In this document: one piece after another, positions 1 to 13,200 of the stretch
How the letters are laid out: the number at the start of each line of letters is the position of its first letter
Numbering within the stretch: position 1 is the stretch's first letter
Assembly: GCA_051362555.1 (NCBI GenBank)
Contig: CM120640.1
Span: 66,008,788-66,072,787, forward strand
Source of the DNA: Lingula anatina
Taxonomy: Eukaryota; Animalia; Brachiopoda
Direction: 5' to 3'
Length of the DNA stretch: 64,000 nt
Made by a program: the position numbers and the translations under genes
Notes under the pieces: generated by a model
Told to the model about the DNA's origin: nothing
Databases searched by the model: none
What the model saw: only the letters and a program-made list of their open reading frames with translations

Positions 1-2148
1 CATGGGGGAGACTGTGTTCTAAAAGATAAAATATGAACAATACTATCAAAGAATACATCACAACTATATAAATGAGCAGCGTGATTAGATTGTCAACTTT
101 AGCGCTACATAAAATGATAAATAAGTGGGATCTGCTTTGGATGTCATTTCAGAAATTATTTTTCTCTAGGCATTAGAAAGCTGATAGACACGTTATTAAA
201 AACTGTCACATGAAATCAGACCAATTCTGTCAGTTTCAGGAGTAGATTGGATTATCTATTTCCAAGATGATACAGGAGTTCAGAATAACACTGTCATAAT
301 ATGCCATGTCTTTTGTAATATGTTATGGGAAAACTGCAAGATCCCCTTGGAGTCAGTAATTACTGTGCTCTAAGAAACTGCTGTCACTTTTGATACAAGT
401 CAGAAAAAATGTTTTGGGGGATTTTGATACTTTCAAAAGTGGCTTTACCAGAAAAACATCCAATGAATGTATCTTGTTTTATTGATTGGTTGATTCATTG
501 ATTGATTAATTAATTTACATTAATTATTATTTGAAAATTGCATACCAAAATATAGGGGGTAAATTTATTTATATGATAAGAATAGATTTTTTCCATGAAC
601 TCTCCAGGGTGTATGGTACTGTTTTCCCCCAGTTCAATAACATTGCTTACATAAGTAGATATATAGTGATATAGTGGAATTTAAGCACAGGGACTGCTGA
701 CACAACAAAACTCTTGGGATAAAGAAAGAAATGGAATGAAAATAACTTTTTAGTCCATTATAATATCCTGGCTATAATAACAAATGGATGTATTAATAGA
801 GATTGATGATGGGCCCTAATTTTACCTCTGCATTCCCAGACAAAACCTGAGGTGATTTCCTTCTACAGTTTGATTACTGATTTATATCTAATCTAGGCCA
901 ATACAATTCTGATTGTGCAGCTTGAAATAAAACTTGTGTAAAACATTCACCAAGCAGATAATGCCATTTCCTTGATGACCTTGCTTCCATGGTTATTTCT
1001 CATCCATTTTTCAAATTGATGCCTTTCCACATTCTCATTGCCTAAAATGGCATGACATACAAATTTGCAAGAGATCTTGATTTCTTAGGTTATATGACTG
1101 TTTCAAAAGTAATTTTAGATAAGACTTGATGTAAATGTATTGTTTTATAGCATCGATGTAAATTATTAAAGGCAATCTCTCTTAATGTCTTGTCTGTACT
1201 AGAGTTGGTACATGCCTCCTAAAGCTTGAATTCACGTGTATATATGTATATCAGTATATGTCATATGAACACTGTCACTATTATTTAGCTAGCTACCTGC
1301 AGCTTTTTCAACTGCTAGCTTATACTGTTTGATTCACAAGGTTCAGGCCTGTTGTACTACTTAAAAGTACACTTTCCTGAAATTAATGGCCACTTGGATT
1401 TTCAGCAATGAGAAAGTGGTAACAGTGTATTTGTCAGTGTAATTTCATCTCCCCATTGCTGCCAAGACATTTCTTACAATAAATCACCACAAAAATGATA
1501 TGGGTTATAGCCTAAGTAAAGGTGGCTTAATTTTTAAAGTACAAATAACATAAAATATATTTCATACACAGTATCATCTTTGTGTGGGTTCATTTGTTTG
1601 AAAGTTGATTTGGGCAATTAAGACCAAAATTTACCAACATACTTATGAATACTAAGACAGAATGAAGTCACCCTTCAAAATGCAATAGTATGAAACACCT
1701 TAACCAAAGCTACAGTGGAAGGATAAACTAGCATAGTAGTGTAATGTTAACCAGGAATGGAGGAAGATAAATTAAACTTTCTGAAAAAAATATTTTTTTT
1801 CATAATTTATTAGAATTCAAAGCACTCCACAAAGCAGTTGCTTTGGCAAAGAGTCGGAGATCTTTAACTTGCTTTTTAAATGCACATCTTTCTGGATAAA
1901 GAATTCTGTAAGCATTCTTATAGTGTATGCATTGTACTATGACCAAGTCAGACATATTATTTCTTTTATGGAATGTGTAATGAGGCATTTGAAATATTGG
2001 TTAAGGTAGTAAAATGTTTTATGACTACTAAATGATAAATATTTATTAATCTGAAGGTTGAAACCTATGTGATTTTGGAGATATTTTATTTTCATGGAGT
2101 TAAAATATACAGTGAAAGCAATCAATTTATCCATGAAATACATAATTC

Positions 2149-2185
2149 CAGCATGTCATTTTTAACCAGCATGTCATTTTTAACC
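2149..2185 (+). repeat. 18-bp tandem duplication
   Basis: (C)CAGCATGTCATTTTTAA twice in tandem. Confidence 0.85.
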
Positions 2186-5100
2186 TTTGTATTGAAGGCC
2201 AAATGGCCATTAAAAAAGCTATTGAGTCAAAACTTGCATTTACCATGGGAATATCATGAAGTGAAATTTTTATCTTATTATATAGGACTGTATCTGAGAT
2301 ATCAAAATTTATGGTTTGGTGCATTTTCTTACATCCACCTTATATATCATTCTAGTTTGTAGCATGCCTCCTCAGAGAGTTTTTGGCAGTCACATCAAAG
2401 GCTACCAGAGGATTAATTAAATTATTATGGTGGATTGGTTATTTAGCCTTGTTATAGTTGTCTGAGTGCTTTTAAGTTAAAACCATGAATATCTCAAAGA
2501 CATGGTACCTTGAAGTATCATTCATTTATTCATCATAAAATTGAATTCATATTTTGAAATTGATAACTGTGCTTAGATTGTTTTTTTTTCTGTGCTGATC
2601 TTGCTTTGAAAGACATTAATATAAGAGCAAAGTAAAACAAGTTGCCTTTGACAAGATGAAATGTCACAGGATTTTTTGTTCTTTCATCCAGCCATGTCTT
2701 GGATATTTTGGCACTGGGTGTTAATCTGATTGATGGTAATTAATAATTTAATAAATTGTTATTTACCATTATCAAGCCCAAGAGTGATTATAGTTTTCCT
2801 AATTTCAGTTCAGGTCAGCAGAGATGAAAAGCTAATATCAAAACAAGCCACTAGATGTCACTGAATGCTGCCCAGATAAAACATTAATGATTGACTCCAA
2901 ACTTAGTCCAACATGCAATAACATATGGTCAGAGTTTGTGCCTGGTGTGTTAATTAGGGAAAACGGGTGATCTGTATTGATTTCTAAATTCTCAAGAGAA
3001 CAGAAGTGTGGAGTTTGTCCATTGGCTTTCTCTCCCCAAGCATCTTGATTTCCTGACTTGTGACCATCATAACCAAGTCTCCTCCATGTAATGATCTGAA
3101 AGAATTATTCAAATATGGTTCGATCTCTTGTAAATTTACCCAGAAGGTTAATTTTCATTGTGAATGTATTATAAACTACGAACTTTGCATGTCCATGTGC
3201 AGGGAAGACTGTTTTGTATGATGGTCTTCAGATCCTGATTCTCTCTCTCTCTCTCTCTGGTTTTTTATTTATTATTTTTTAACTTTTCATTTTATTTATT
3301 TTGTGTGTTTGTGTGTGTGTGGTGGGGGTGGGTGTTTGCACATTACCACATTGTGAACTATGTAATTTTTTAGTTACATGTTCCTTTACTTCAGAAAATC
3401 ATCCTCTTACATAAAAACTGTAAGTGCGTTGACTATTAGATTTGGAGCCCCTATAGGTGTTTGTTCCAGGAGAGCTATTTCTGGGCACTTAGAACAAAAT
3501 GTATTTCGTTCAAGATTTGAAAACAAAATTAATTCAGCTGAATAAGTAGGCTGTGCTATTACTTCATACTTGGAATTATTTCCTTCTGATTTTGGTGTGT
3601 TGTTTCAGGATATGCTGTTATTTTTTGCCAGAATGTTGGGTCATCAAACAAACAATAATTAGGCAATGAAAATTCAGATTTATATCTAATAGGTCTGTCT
3701 TCAGAAGCATGGATCCATGAATCTATCATTGAATTGTATGGTCAGTGGGGCATGCAGCCATGAACTCTGAGGCCATCTAGTGTGAGAGTGGTACCTTACT
3801 GCAGTGTGTCTACTGGGGACAGCAAGTATTTCTGAAACTACCACACAGACAATAGGGGCATTGGACCTTTCTTTTAAGTATTAATTCAAATAATGAAGTA
3901 GAAGGGCCACAAAGTGATTAGTTTATGTGTTTAATACATTATATATATTTTTTTTATTATTATTTGTATTTTTACTTTTAAAGCAAAGTGGTCATAGGTC
4001 ATTTGTTTAAAGAAATCTATTTTGGGGAAAAAGGAACAAAGTTATTGCCAGAAGGAAACTTAATCACATATGGATACTGAGGCATAAGATATCCATTGAT
4101 TTACCAACCTAAATCCTACACTGATGTTGGGTATATTCATCTTCAAACATTGCTTGTCTTGTATCAGATAGCAAGAAATTATGCTTGATGTACATCTGGC
4201 AATTACTCAAGGGGGATAGAAAATGTATGTTTAATTTAACACTGATGCTTAAGTAAATGTCAAATAAGATGAAGAAAGTTCTGATATTTGTTTTGTATCT
4301 GAACACCAAGAGTGAAAAGCATAAATTGGCTTCTTTTTATGGAATATGTAAGTTTTGGTAAGTTTTCAGTGCAGTTGTGGTTGAAATAGAAGTTGGTACT
4401 TTTTACTATATTTCTTTGTGTTTGCAACATATCTAGAATAGTTGTAACTGACTAAAATGTTTAGTAATTCTCTAAGCAAGGTTTTCTTTCTTTCTGTTTT
4501 TGTTTTATTTGACTCTTATTTCCTAATGTAACATGTCCTTAATACCTGATATATATATTCTCAGATAACTGAAAGAACTGGAGACATCAGCTGTGCAGTG
4601 AAAATCCTGTTATTTCTGTCTTCATGAAATAATAATTGGAATTTTGCTTGCTTAACTGTTAGTTTCCCAGCTTCTCCACGACAGACTTCTATCACTGTGT
4701 GATTGATGAGTTTATAAAATGATAATAACATAGCAATGGTTGTGTTCATACGTAATCTAACTGACATGTTACACAAGGCAACAGATTACTGATAGTGGAT
4801 GTTCTGATGAGGTTTCTGTAAAAAGTGGTGGTATTTTGTTTGCTTGTACCAATTTGCAGTAAAATGTTACATCATATAAATGCCAAAAAGTCTTGCTGGA
4901 ATTCTGTGTTCACAAGTAAATGCATGTTCAGGCTCAAGTTTACCAGTGGATAGATTTATTTTTTAAAAAGTCATTTCAGTCAGATATGACTTGTAGAGGC
5001 ATCATTTAAGTTAAAACTCTGTTAGCAATAATATAGTGCTGTGTTGCTATGACTATGTCTTGTAGCATAAAAATAAATTTTTATTCAAAATATTTATTCA

Positions 5101-6434
5101 AATCATTATATTATATATCATTATTATCATATATTTTAATAATATTTAAATAATATCTTAAAACCTTGTAAGTCTGTGTAAATATTTTGTCTTTTAATTT
5201 TCAGTATCATTTGGAGGGTTGATTTAAAGTTTATAAACACTCTCACTAGACTGTATTTTTTTTTATAAGTTTAGCAGCTCTTACCATGATGCAGAAGACT
5301 ACATCAAGATTCTCCATGATGAATTTTCATCTTAAAATGAAGCAGTACATCACTTTTAAATGTGACTAGCAGGGAGGATGGTTAGTATAACTGATTTGTG
5401 TCCCTTAATTATGTATTGGTGATATAGATATCAGTTATTGTTAGGTGAAAAGACAATCCAAGCAGGGGGCAAGGTGCTTTTGTTCTTTGTTTTGGATGTT
5501 GCCTTTTAATCTCTATTGATCAAAATTGAAGTGCCAGTCTGAAGTGTATGCTGTTCAATATTTCCAATCCATAGCTTATTCACTAATTAATTTGCAAACA
5601 CTCTCATTGCTGTAGTTATAGGATATCTACATGTTTCTGCAAAATACAAGGCCAGTTGGGATGGAATTTCATGCCTATGACAAATATTGACTATCTGTCA
5701 ATAACAACAATTTTTATTTTCACCAAGTTAAAAAATTCGTTGGGCACCCTGGGTTCAAGGGGAGGGGAGGCAGGAAGGGAGACTAGGGTTGTAAACAGGG
5801 GGGGGCCAGCTGGTTATGGGCAGTGTTGGGGAGGGGGAGGGTGTGAATATAAACTGCCTTTTTTGGCCAGGAGATCTCCACTCTGATTCAAAGTTTGAAG
5901 TATGTTCAATGCCATTTTAAAGTTGGGTCAACTACGGGGGTTACCCCCACCCCCTTTAAAATTAATAGCTATTGGCCTGCAGACCCAAATGGTGCACCCA
6001 CCCAACCCTTACTGCACTAGTCCCATCCACATGTTCCACATTTCTTGGCACTCTGGTTCCTCTCTTTTTCTGAACATACATATATGTATACCACTTTTAC
6101 AGTGTTTCTCTTCTTTGTTTGTTGTAGCTCAGTAGCACTTTTAAGGTGCCCATATTTCTTTGATTTTTTTTTTTTTCTTTTTAAAGATTTTTTCTTTGTA
6201 ATTCAGAGCTGTGGTGAAAGATGGATTGAAAAATGGAAACAAATATGGCGAGTTCCATACTCAGAAATGCCTAATTTTTGGATAAACCCCCTGTGTCTTC
6301 TTGGCCAAATATCTTTTGAATTTCCAAGCTGCAGAGCTGTACATGAGGGTCTGAAGGGCTGTTCCAAGATGATCTCAAGTTATTGTTCACTTTATAATGG
6401 CTATGTTCACCAGTGAATATCTTTAATAATCTCG

Positions 6435-6458
6435 ATGATGATGATGATGATGATGATG
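6435..6458 (+). repeat. (GAT)n microsatellite
   Basis: About eight GAT/ATG units seen directly. Confidence 0.85.
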
Positions 6459-9400
6459 CAACTATGAAACAGTGCACAGCTTCATGTTATCATTAATACA
6501 CACCTGTTTGCTACCCAGTACACCTTTAAAATAACCTAGTATAAATATTTTGAAAACAGAATGGACCCTCAGAAACCTCAACATGACCAAATGTATGCAT
6601 TTGTGGTAGGCACATCATAACATACAGTTGACGACATTAAATGTGTTCTGTTTTTCTATACCTCATTTCAACCCCATAGCAAGGCTACAACAGACAAGAC
6701 AGTTGCTTTGTCTGGAATTGGTTCAGATTTATCTAACTTAAAAGGTTTGTCCTAAGGAAGTTGCCTGGACCCTCTAGGCAGGGGACAATTTGTCTCTTCA
6801 TTTTTCAGCCCCTAGCAACAGGCTTGGTATTACACTTCTCCTGTAGTCAAGATCGAAAAATGGGTCCTTTAGTTCATCCTCTCTCAGCAGTGCACTTAGT
6901 TCCTACCACTTTCCTCACTCAAGTGTCTCTGTAATAGAATATGTAAAACTGATCAATCAGGGGTCTCCATGCTGCAACCTCCACTGCAGTGGAAGTGAGC
7001 TGGAATTCATTGATTCAGGACTGGCGTGCAATACCTTAACAAGTCTCTAGGAATCACTTGGGACGAGGCCTGCCTTGCAGAGAGGGCTCTGGACTGTCTG
7101 GAGGGGTTACAATTACATGATACATCAATACTGAGTTTTTGAAACATTAATAAGTCCTGTTTTTATTTCTAATTATGTATCTTTGTATATGTATTATGAA
7201 TGGTACTAAGAGTTTCTCTCAGTAAAGATAAACGAGGAGGAATCAATGATTTTGTAGAAAAAAAAAATGGCATTACTTTGGCAGGATGTATGTTTTATAT
7301 TTGGTCTATGTATTTAGAATGCATTTAGAATTCTAATTCTTAAAAGAAATAAATAAACAGTTTTTTTTTAATCTACATTTTTTTCTTCTGTTGTTTTTTG
7401 TTGATTAGAAAACCTGGATCGACTCCAAAATTTCACATTTAATTATCACAACACAGTAGTGTATAAGCAATCTCATTATTGTCAGATGCTGTAACCCCTT
7501 GGGCAACATTAAGCGGGAATTGGAAGTAAAAATGGCCTGTGTTATGAACCGAGTCCCAGCATGGCTGCCGTAATTGTGATCTGAATGCTTAATTGTTTTT
7601 GCTCACGAAATGCATTCTGGTTTGAATGTAATACTGCATATACTCTAAATTTGGGGTTTATATTCCCATAGTTGAAATTTTGTTCATATAAATTGAACAT
7701 ACTGAGACCATGACATCAGAATATTATCAACCAAATGGTTAGTGGATATACAGTATGGATCTCATACATGTACACCATCATATAACAATGTGTAGGTTGG
7801 ATAATTGTCACATAGTCTGGTGAGAGTAAGATGTGAATATCAAACCAGCTGTTGATTCCTTGTATATTAGAGCAAGTTATTTTTATCAGAAAATGGTTAA
7901 TGTAGTTTTTACATGTCAAATATTAAGGTACAATGATGAATTTGAAAACTAAAATGCATTTCTTTTTTGTCTGTGCTGCTCTTAGTTGTTTTTTTTTTCA
8001 TTTACTTATGATTAGAGGTTCAATGACATTTTTTTTTATTTTTATGTTTACAATAGTTTGTACAGTTTTTATTTATTTGGGGAATATTTTGTGCTGCCTT
8101 ATCAAAACGTCCTTGTAACTGTGACAAAATTGACCCTCCCCCCTGTTGTACACGGACAAGTTGGTCTGTTCTGTGCACAATAGTAATGCTAAAACAGCAA
8201 CATTCCTTTTACAGAGTGAGGGACATCAGGCTTATTTAATTGTTTTTTTTTTTTCTTAACACGATAATCATCTGAACTGATTGGTTTCGAAATAATTTTC
8301 TTTTTTCAATGTAATGTTCATTTTGTCTTTTTATATGCTAGAACCCCCCAAAAATGGTTCTCATAATACAGACAGATTGAATGCATACAACCGTTCACAA
8401 GGAATATTACAAGTGAGGAAAAGTGTATCTTTAGGATTTTTGTGTATTTGAAACTGGATAGAGTGATGGTTAAATACCAGAAAATTGTCCATGGCACCAG
8501 GAAAATTCATTATTTGTATCATTTTGCATAATAACTCTATGCTATTGTACACGTCTGTTTGCTGATATTGTCCTAAGGTGCCAATGGTGTAGGCATCATG
8601 GATGTCTCATGGAGGGAGAAAAAAAAGAAACTGCATGGTGGTGAAAGAGCTCATATGGTAGATATGGGCCATTAACTCCGTAATTAGTTTCAGTGAAAGA
8701 CATTTAAGGGAAATGAGATTGCTTTCTGCTGGTGCCAGGCATGTCACCTCGGAAAGCCTACATTTTAATACCTTTGTGCTATTTTTAAATGAGAACTGTG
8801 AGATTTATAGATGTTATGGCTGAGTTTGACAGATCAGGTGTGCGAGTCTCTCTTTTTCTCTTTCAGCTAGATCAATGTAAAAAATCTACTAACTGAAATA
8901 GATGCTGAAGGTGATGAAAAACTTTCATACGTCAGAAGACATGACAACAACTGTATTCTCTTTGCCCCACTCCAGTTGCTGTTCACTTGTATGGATGTAA
9001 TATAATCTGCTGCAAGTAATTTCACTATAACACTTTCAATATCAGATAAGCACATTTTACCTTTATAGTTTTTACTGTTATAGAAAATTCATTATCCCAG
9101 ATAATTACTTTGTTGGTGTATTGTTCATTGTTCTATTTTTGTTTTATATTATTGGGGTATATTTTATCCAATTTAATGGGCTTCCTGTGGTATTTGTGAC
9201 AAAATGAATCATTTGGAACCAATATTCCTGCGGCCTTATACAAGTTTTGAATGTTTGTTAGCCTTCATGACAATGACTAAGGAACCCCAAGATGTTGTTC
9301 TTAGCATCTTTTAAGACCATTTTTTATGTAAATTTGGGCAGTGAAAGGTCATATAGAGTTTCGTTTGAGAACTCAAAACTGGCACTCAGGATCCCTATAC

Positions 9401-9918
9401 CCATGTGTTTACTTTGGAAAAGCCAGATTTCGCACTTGTAAGTTGACTATCACCAAAGTAGAATAGGAAGATGCTATCGAAATTGAACAGAAAGTGTCTA
9501 GTGTATTTTCACAGATTAGTCTATGTGGTACGAATATAAAATAACATTAAAGGTTTTGGAGCCGAAGTCCATCAATATCTATTAGACAATTCAATGGTAT
9601 TTCATTTCACAAGTAATAGCAAGAGATATATTATAATGGCCATCATATATGGCCCCACATAAATCGTCCTTATTTTGTAGTTAACTGGTGCACATCATCA
9701 GGCATGACTCTTTTTTAAAGCAACAAACTTTCAAATTTTTATATTTGTTTACTCCTTAAATTTTTCTCTCTTATATCCAAGTAAAACGCTGAAAACTTGT
9801 AATATTGCCCTATTTTGAAGCACTTACAGTTTGCCCATTAGGTTCCAAACCATATCTTAGTATCTTTCTTTGGTTAAAAAAAAAAAGCATGCTCCTTTTA
9901 TAAATAAGCAGGATTGGA

Positions 9919-10281
9919 TTTTTACCTCTGCCAAGGAGGTTATGTTTTCACCCCTGTTTGTCTGTTTGTTTGTCTGTCATCAACTCAAAAAGTTATGGAC
10001 CGATTTTGATGAAATTTTCAGGAACTGTCAGAAGTGGGCCAAGGAAGAGATGATTAGTTTTTGTTGGTGATCTGGATCAATGATCAATCAATAATAATCA
10101 AAAATCAATCATCAACATAACTCAAAAAGTTATGGACTGATTTTGATGAAATTTTCAGGGTGGGTCAGAAATGGGTTAACTTAGAAGTGATTAGTTTTTG
10201 GTGGTGATCTGGAAAAATAATCAATCAATAATCAATAATAATCGAAAACTGCTGCCTTGGCGGAGGTCTGCTTTTTTAGTT
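9919..10281 (+). mobile_element. Non-autonomous Helentron/DINE-1-like (HINE) element, 3' hairpin apparently lost
   Basis: Subterminal inverted repeats ACCTCTGCCAAGG (9924-36) and CCTTGGCGGAGGT (10255-67); GTYT microsatellite; two internal core repeats AACTCAAAAAGTTATGGACYGATTTTGATGAAATTTTCAGG; T-rich flanks. Confidence 0.8.
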
Positions 10282-13200
10282 TTTATAAAAGTTCTTGTTG
10301 TGCATGTATATGTAAAATGAAACAATGGGGATGGCTTTTTTCCATAAGTGTCTGTATATTTGCGAGGTTTGCTGTCTAGTTTTATTCACTTTTTCTCTAT
10401 TTAGAATAATATTGTAAAGAAGTTAATATGATGAAAAACAAGGAATGCACCTTAGGCAAATAATATAGAAGGATTTGTGTATGTGCTAGCCTACACATTT
10501 TTACTTTGGATAATTGAATTTGAAAGTTTTTCAAAGTAATTATCTTTAGTCGCAAAAGAGGCTGCATGCCAGCAACCAATACAATGTGTAACCAGGTGAT
10601 ACCATTTATTTTACTGGGTGAAAAAAGAATAGTCCAGCACTAAGTGATTACAATTCTCCAAGGATTTCATAGGAAGAGAGACATGCTTATCAATACTCAG
10701 CAGATGCACTGGATGCTGTCATATTGTATTGATGGTATTGTGAAATTTAAAAAAACAGCATTCTTGGAGACATCTGAAACTTGTAGTCCTATAGAATATT
10801 GCATAGAAACAGAAGATATGATTGTCAAATAATATTACAGACAATTGGACAGACACAACTGTACAGATGCCCTGGTTTTATCTTGATCAACAGGGAAATT
10901 GTTTTATTATTGATTAATTTTATCGACTGCTGTTTATGTTCAACTTGAAGTACTTTGGGAAAACTGAGGCAGTGGTTTTGGCCTGCAGAGAATTCCATAG
11001 AAAAACTTGCTCATAAGTGTTGTTTTCCATAATCTGATAATCTTAATAATTCTATGCAACTATTCCCTTTTGACAGAATTTTTTAAACAATTATGCTAGT
11101 AATGCATGGAAGCTTTGAACTTCCACACAGAAGCAATTTCTAAACTAAGTAATACGTTCAGTTTACTTTATCCTACAGTCGACTCACATATTCCTGCTAT
11201 GTCTTACTTCTAACTGATTACAACTGAAGTTTTCTAGTTGGGCATTTTAAATCCCAGCTGTATGTTATTGTTCATATTATTGTAGCTACTGATGTGGATG
11301 GGTGATTTCACTTTTGTTTTGAATATGTACTTTTTTACATTAATAACAACATCAAAAACACTGAGCACTATTTTTATGGCCATTTTTTAATGCCCTGACT
11401 TAATGAGACTATCACAAAGCTTCTCATAAGTTTTTTTTTTTAAGTACAGCATGAGTATGCTGCAGCATGATGAAGGTTATCTCTTCATAAGAAGTGACAT
11501 TGAGAGCCATTAGTCAACAAAATATTCATAAGGTTTTCATTTATGTATGTTTGTTTAGTGGATGATTGGCTAAATTACGTTATAAGTGAACATTCAACCA
11601 TCAGATTCAGGAAATTAAAGCAGTTTCCAGTGCTTTACAACCGCCATCTTTTCTTATCCATGAATTCAGCATCACAATGATGTAAAATGTCATAAAATGA
11701 CAATGTCAGGTTTTCTTTGTTTGCTTATTCTGTGACTATATCTGTGGACTACTCCCCTGCCCATACTGCTGTCCCCACTGCAAGCTAATACTGCTACCCA
11801 TCACAAAGTACAGAGCTTGCATCCACACAGTGGCTTGAGGTCACCTACTGTATTTTCACAGATTTGGCAACCGCTGCTCCAACACTTTTAACTTGTAAAA
11901 GCCAAATGGATTGATAATCAATTATTTTCTTAATGTAAAAGGCACTTGAATAATTTTACATAATTTTGAATAACTTTGCAAAAAAAGGGTGTCACTTCTT
12001 TCTCAAATTTCATTTATGCTTAATTTTCCTTCCACCTCTTCCCACTCCCCCCCCCCTCCCCCCCCCCCCTTAGCCTGACTTTGGGGATAATGGTTCCAGT
12101 CCAGCAAGTTCCTCTCTAAATGGCAAACACTGAGTAAGAGGATGCAAGAATGTTGTATACATGCATTAAAAGATGGGGATTTTAAAAAGTATTTTAAAAT
12201 ATGATAGGAATAACTATATGATACCAGTATGTCAGTATTGAGACATATATTATTGACGTGTGGGTGTAATTTCAGCCTTATTGTTTTCTCCTTAGCAGTC
12301 ACAGATGGGAAGACACCCTTCAAGCAATTTTCATTGTCTGTTTACACTTAAACTCGTATCATGCAGGCATGGGAATTCATCAGACATTAATGTTAACACA
12401 CAACTGGGCACAATCTTATCATAATACCTTGCAATGCGGGTGCTACATTAGATGATGCTCTGCCTCACTGCACATGAAATGATCTAACTAGAAGGTCACA
12501 GGGCTCACCGTGTCTTCTTCAATACTGCAATTTAGCTTACAAATTATCCACTACATTACTAATTCCATCAGCAGCTTAAAAATCAATGTTCATTGAACAA
12601 CTGCTGGATCCTTTTCAAATTCACGACAAGTACTCAAAATGATCTGTTTTTAGACTGTAATTTTTTTTCTTGTCATTGCCTTGTATGTTTTCTTAAGTGA
12701 TGGGATTTTAAGCAATGTGCAAAGATTCTGAGAGTTACCACAGCTTCCTAGTAAATAAGGTATACCAATGAATCTCAAACATTTTTTGCCCATTCACATT
12801 AAAAAGTTATTGGATTTTACAATTGATCAACTTCTGATTTTCATTTTGTAATAATTTTTGATGATTTTTGGCCTTCTTATGAGATTTCATCATTCAGAAA
12901 TTGTTGCAAACCTGTCATAAGGCTGGTAATTGGGATAATTTTTGAAATTCAAATAAACTGAAAGGGCTGTGGGTGATGATGAAGTTTTAATTATAGTAAA
13001 CATCTGTTTGAGCTGTTTTGCATTTTATTTGTAACAATTATAAAAGAAAAACAAATGGTTGATTTTGAGTTCACATCAGTTTTCATGATTTTGATTTTGC
13101 ATGATTGCCATTGACAGCAATGTAAATTATCCCAGTTTTTGTGTAGATTGGTAACAATCAGTTTGTTAATTTTGTCACATGCAGCTCAAGAGATGATCAT

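Noticed and set aside
5647-6010. G-rich/C-rich stretch, possibly a decayed MITE or G-quadruplex
   Set aside because: Termini too degenerate to define TIRs or a TSD.
8143-8183. Short imperfect hairpin CTGTTGTACACGGACA...TGTTCTGTGCACAATAG
   Set aside because: About 16 bp with a mismatch and bulge; too short for a pre-miRNA and no known family match.
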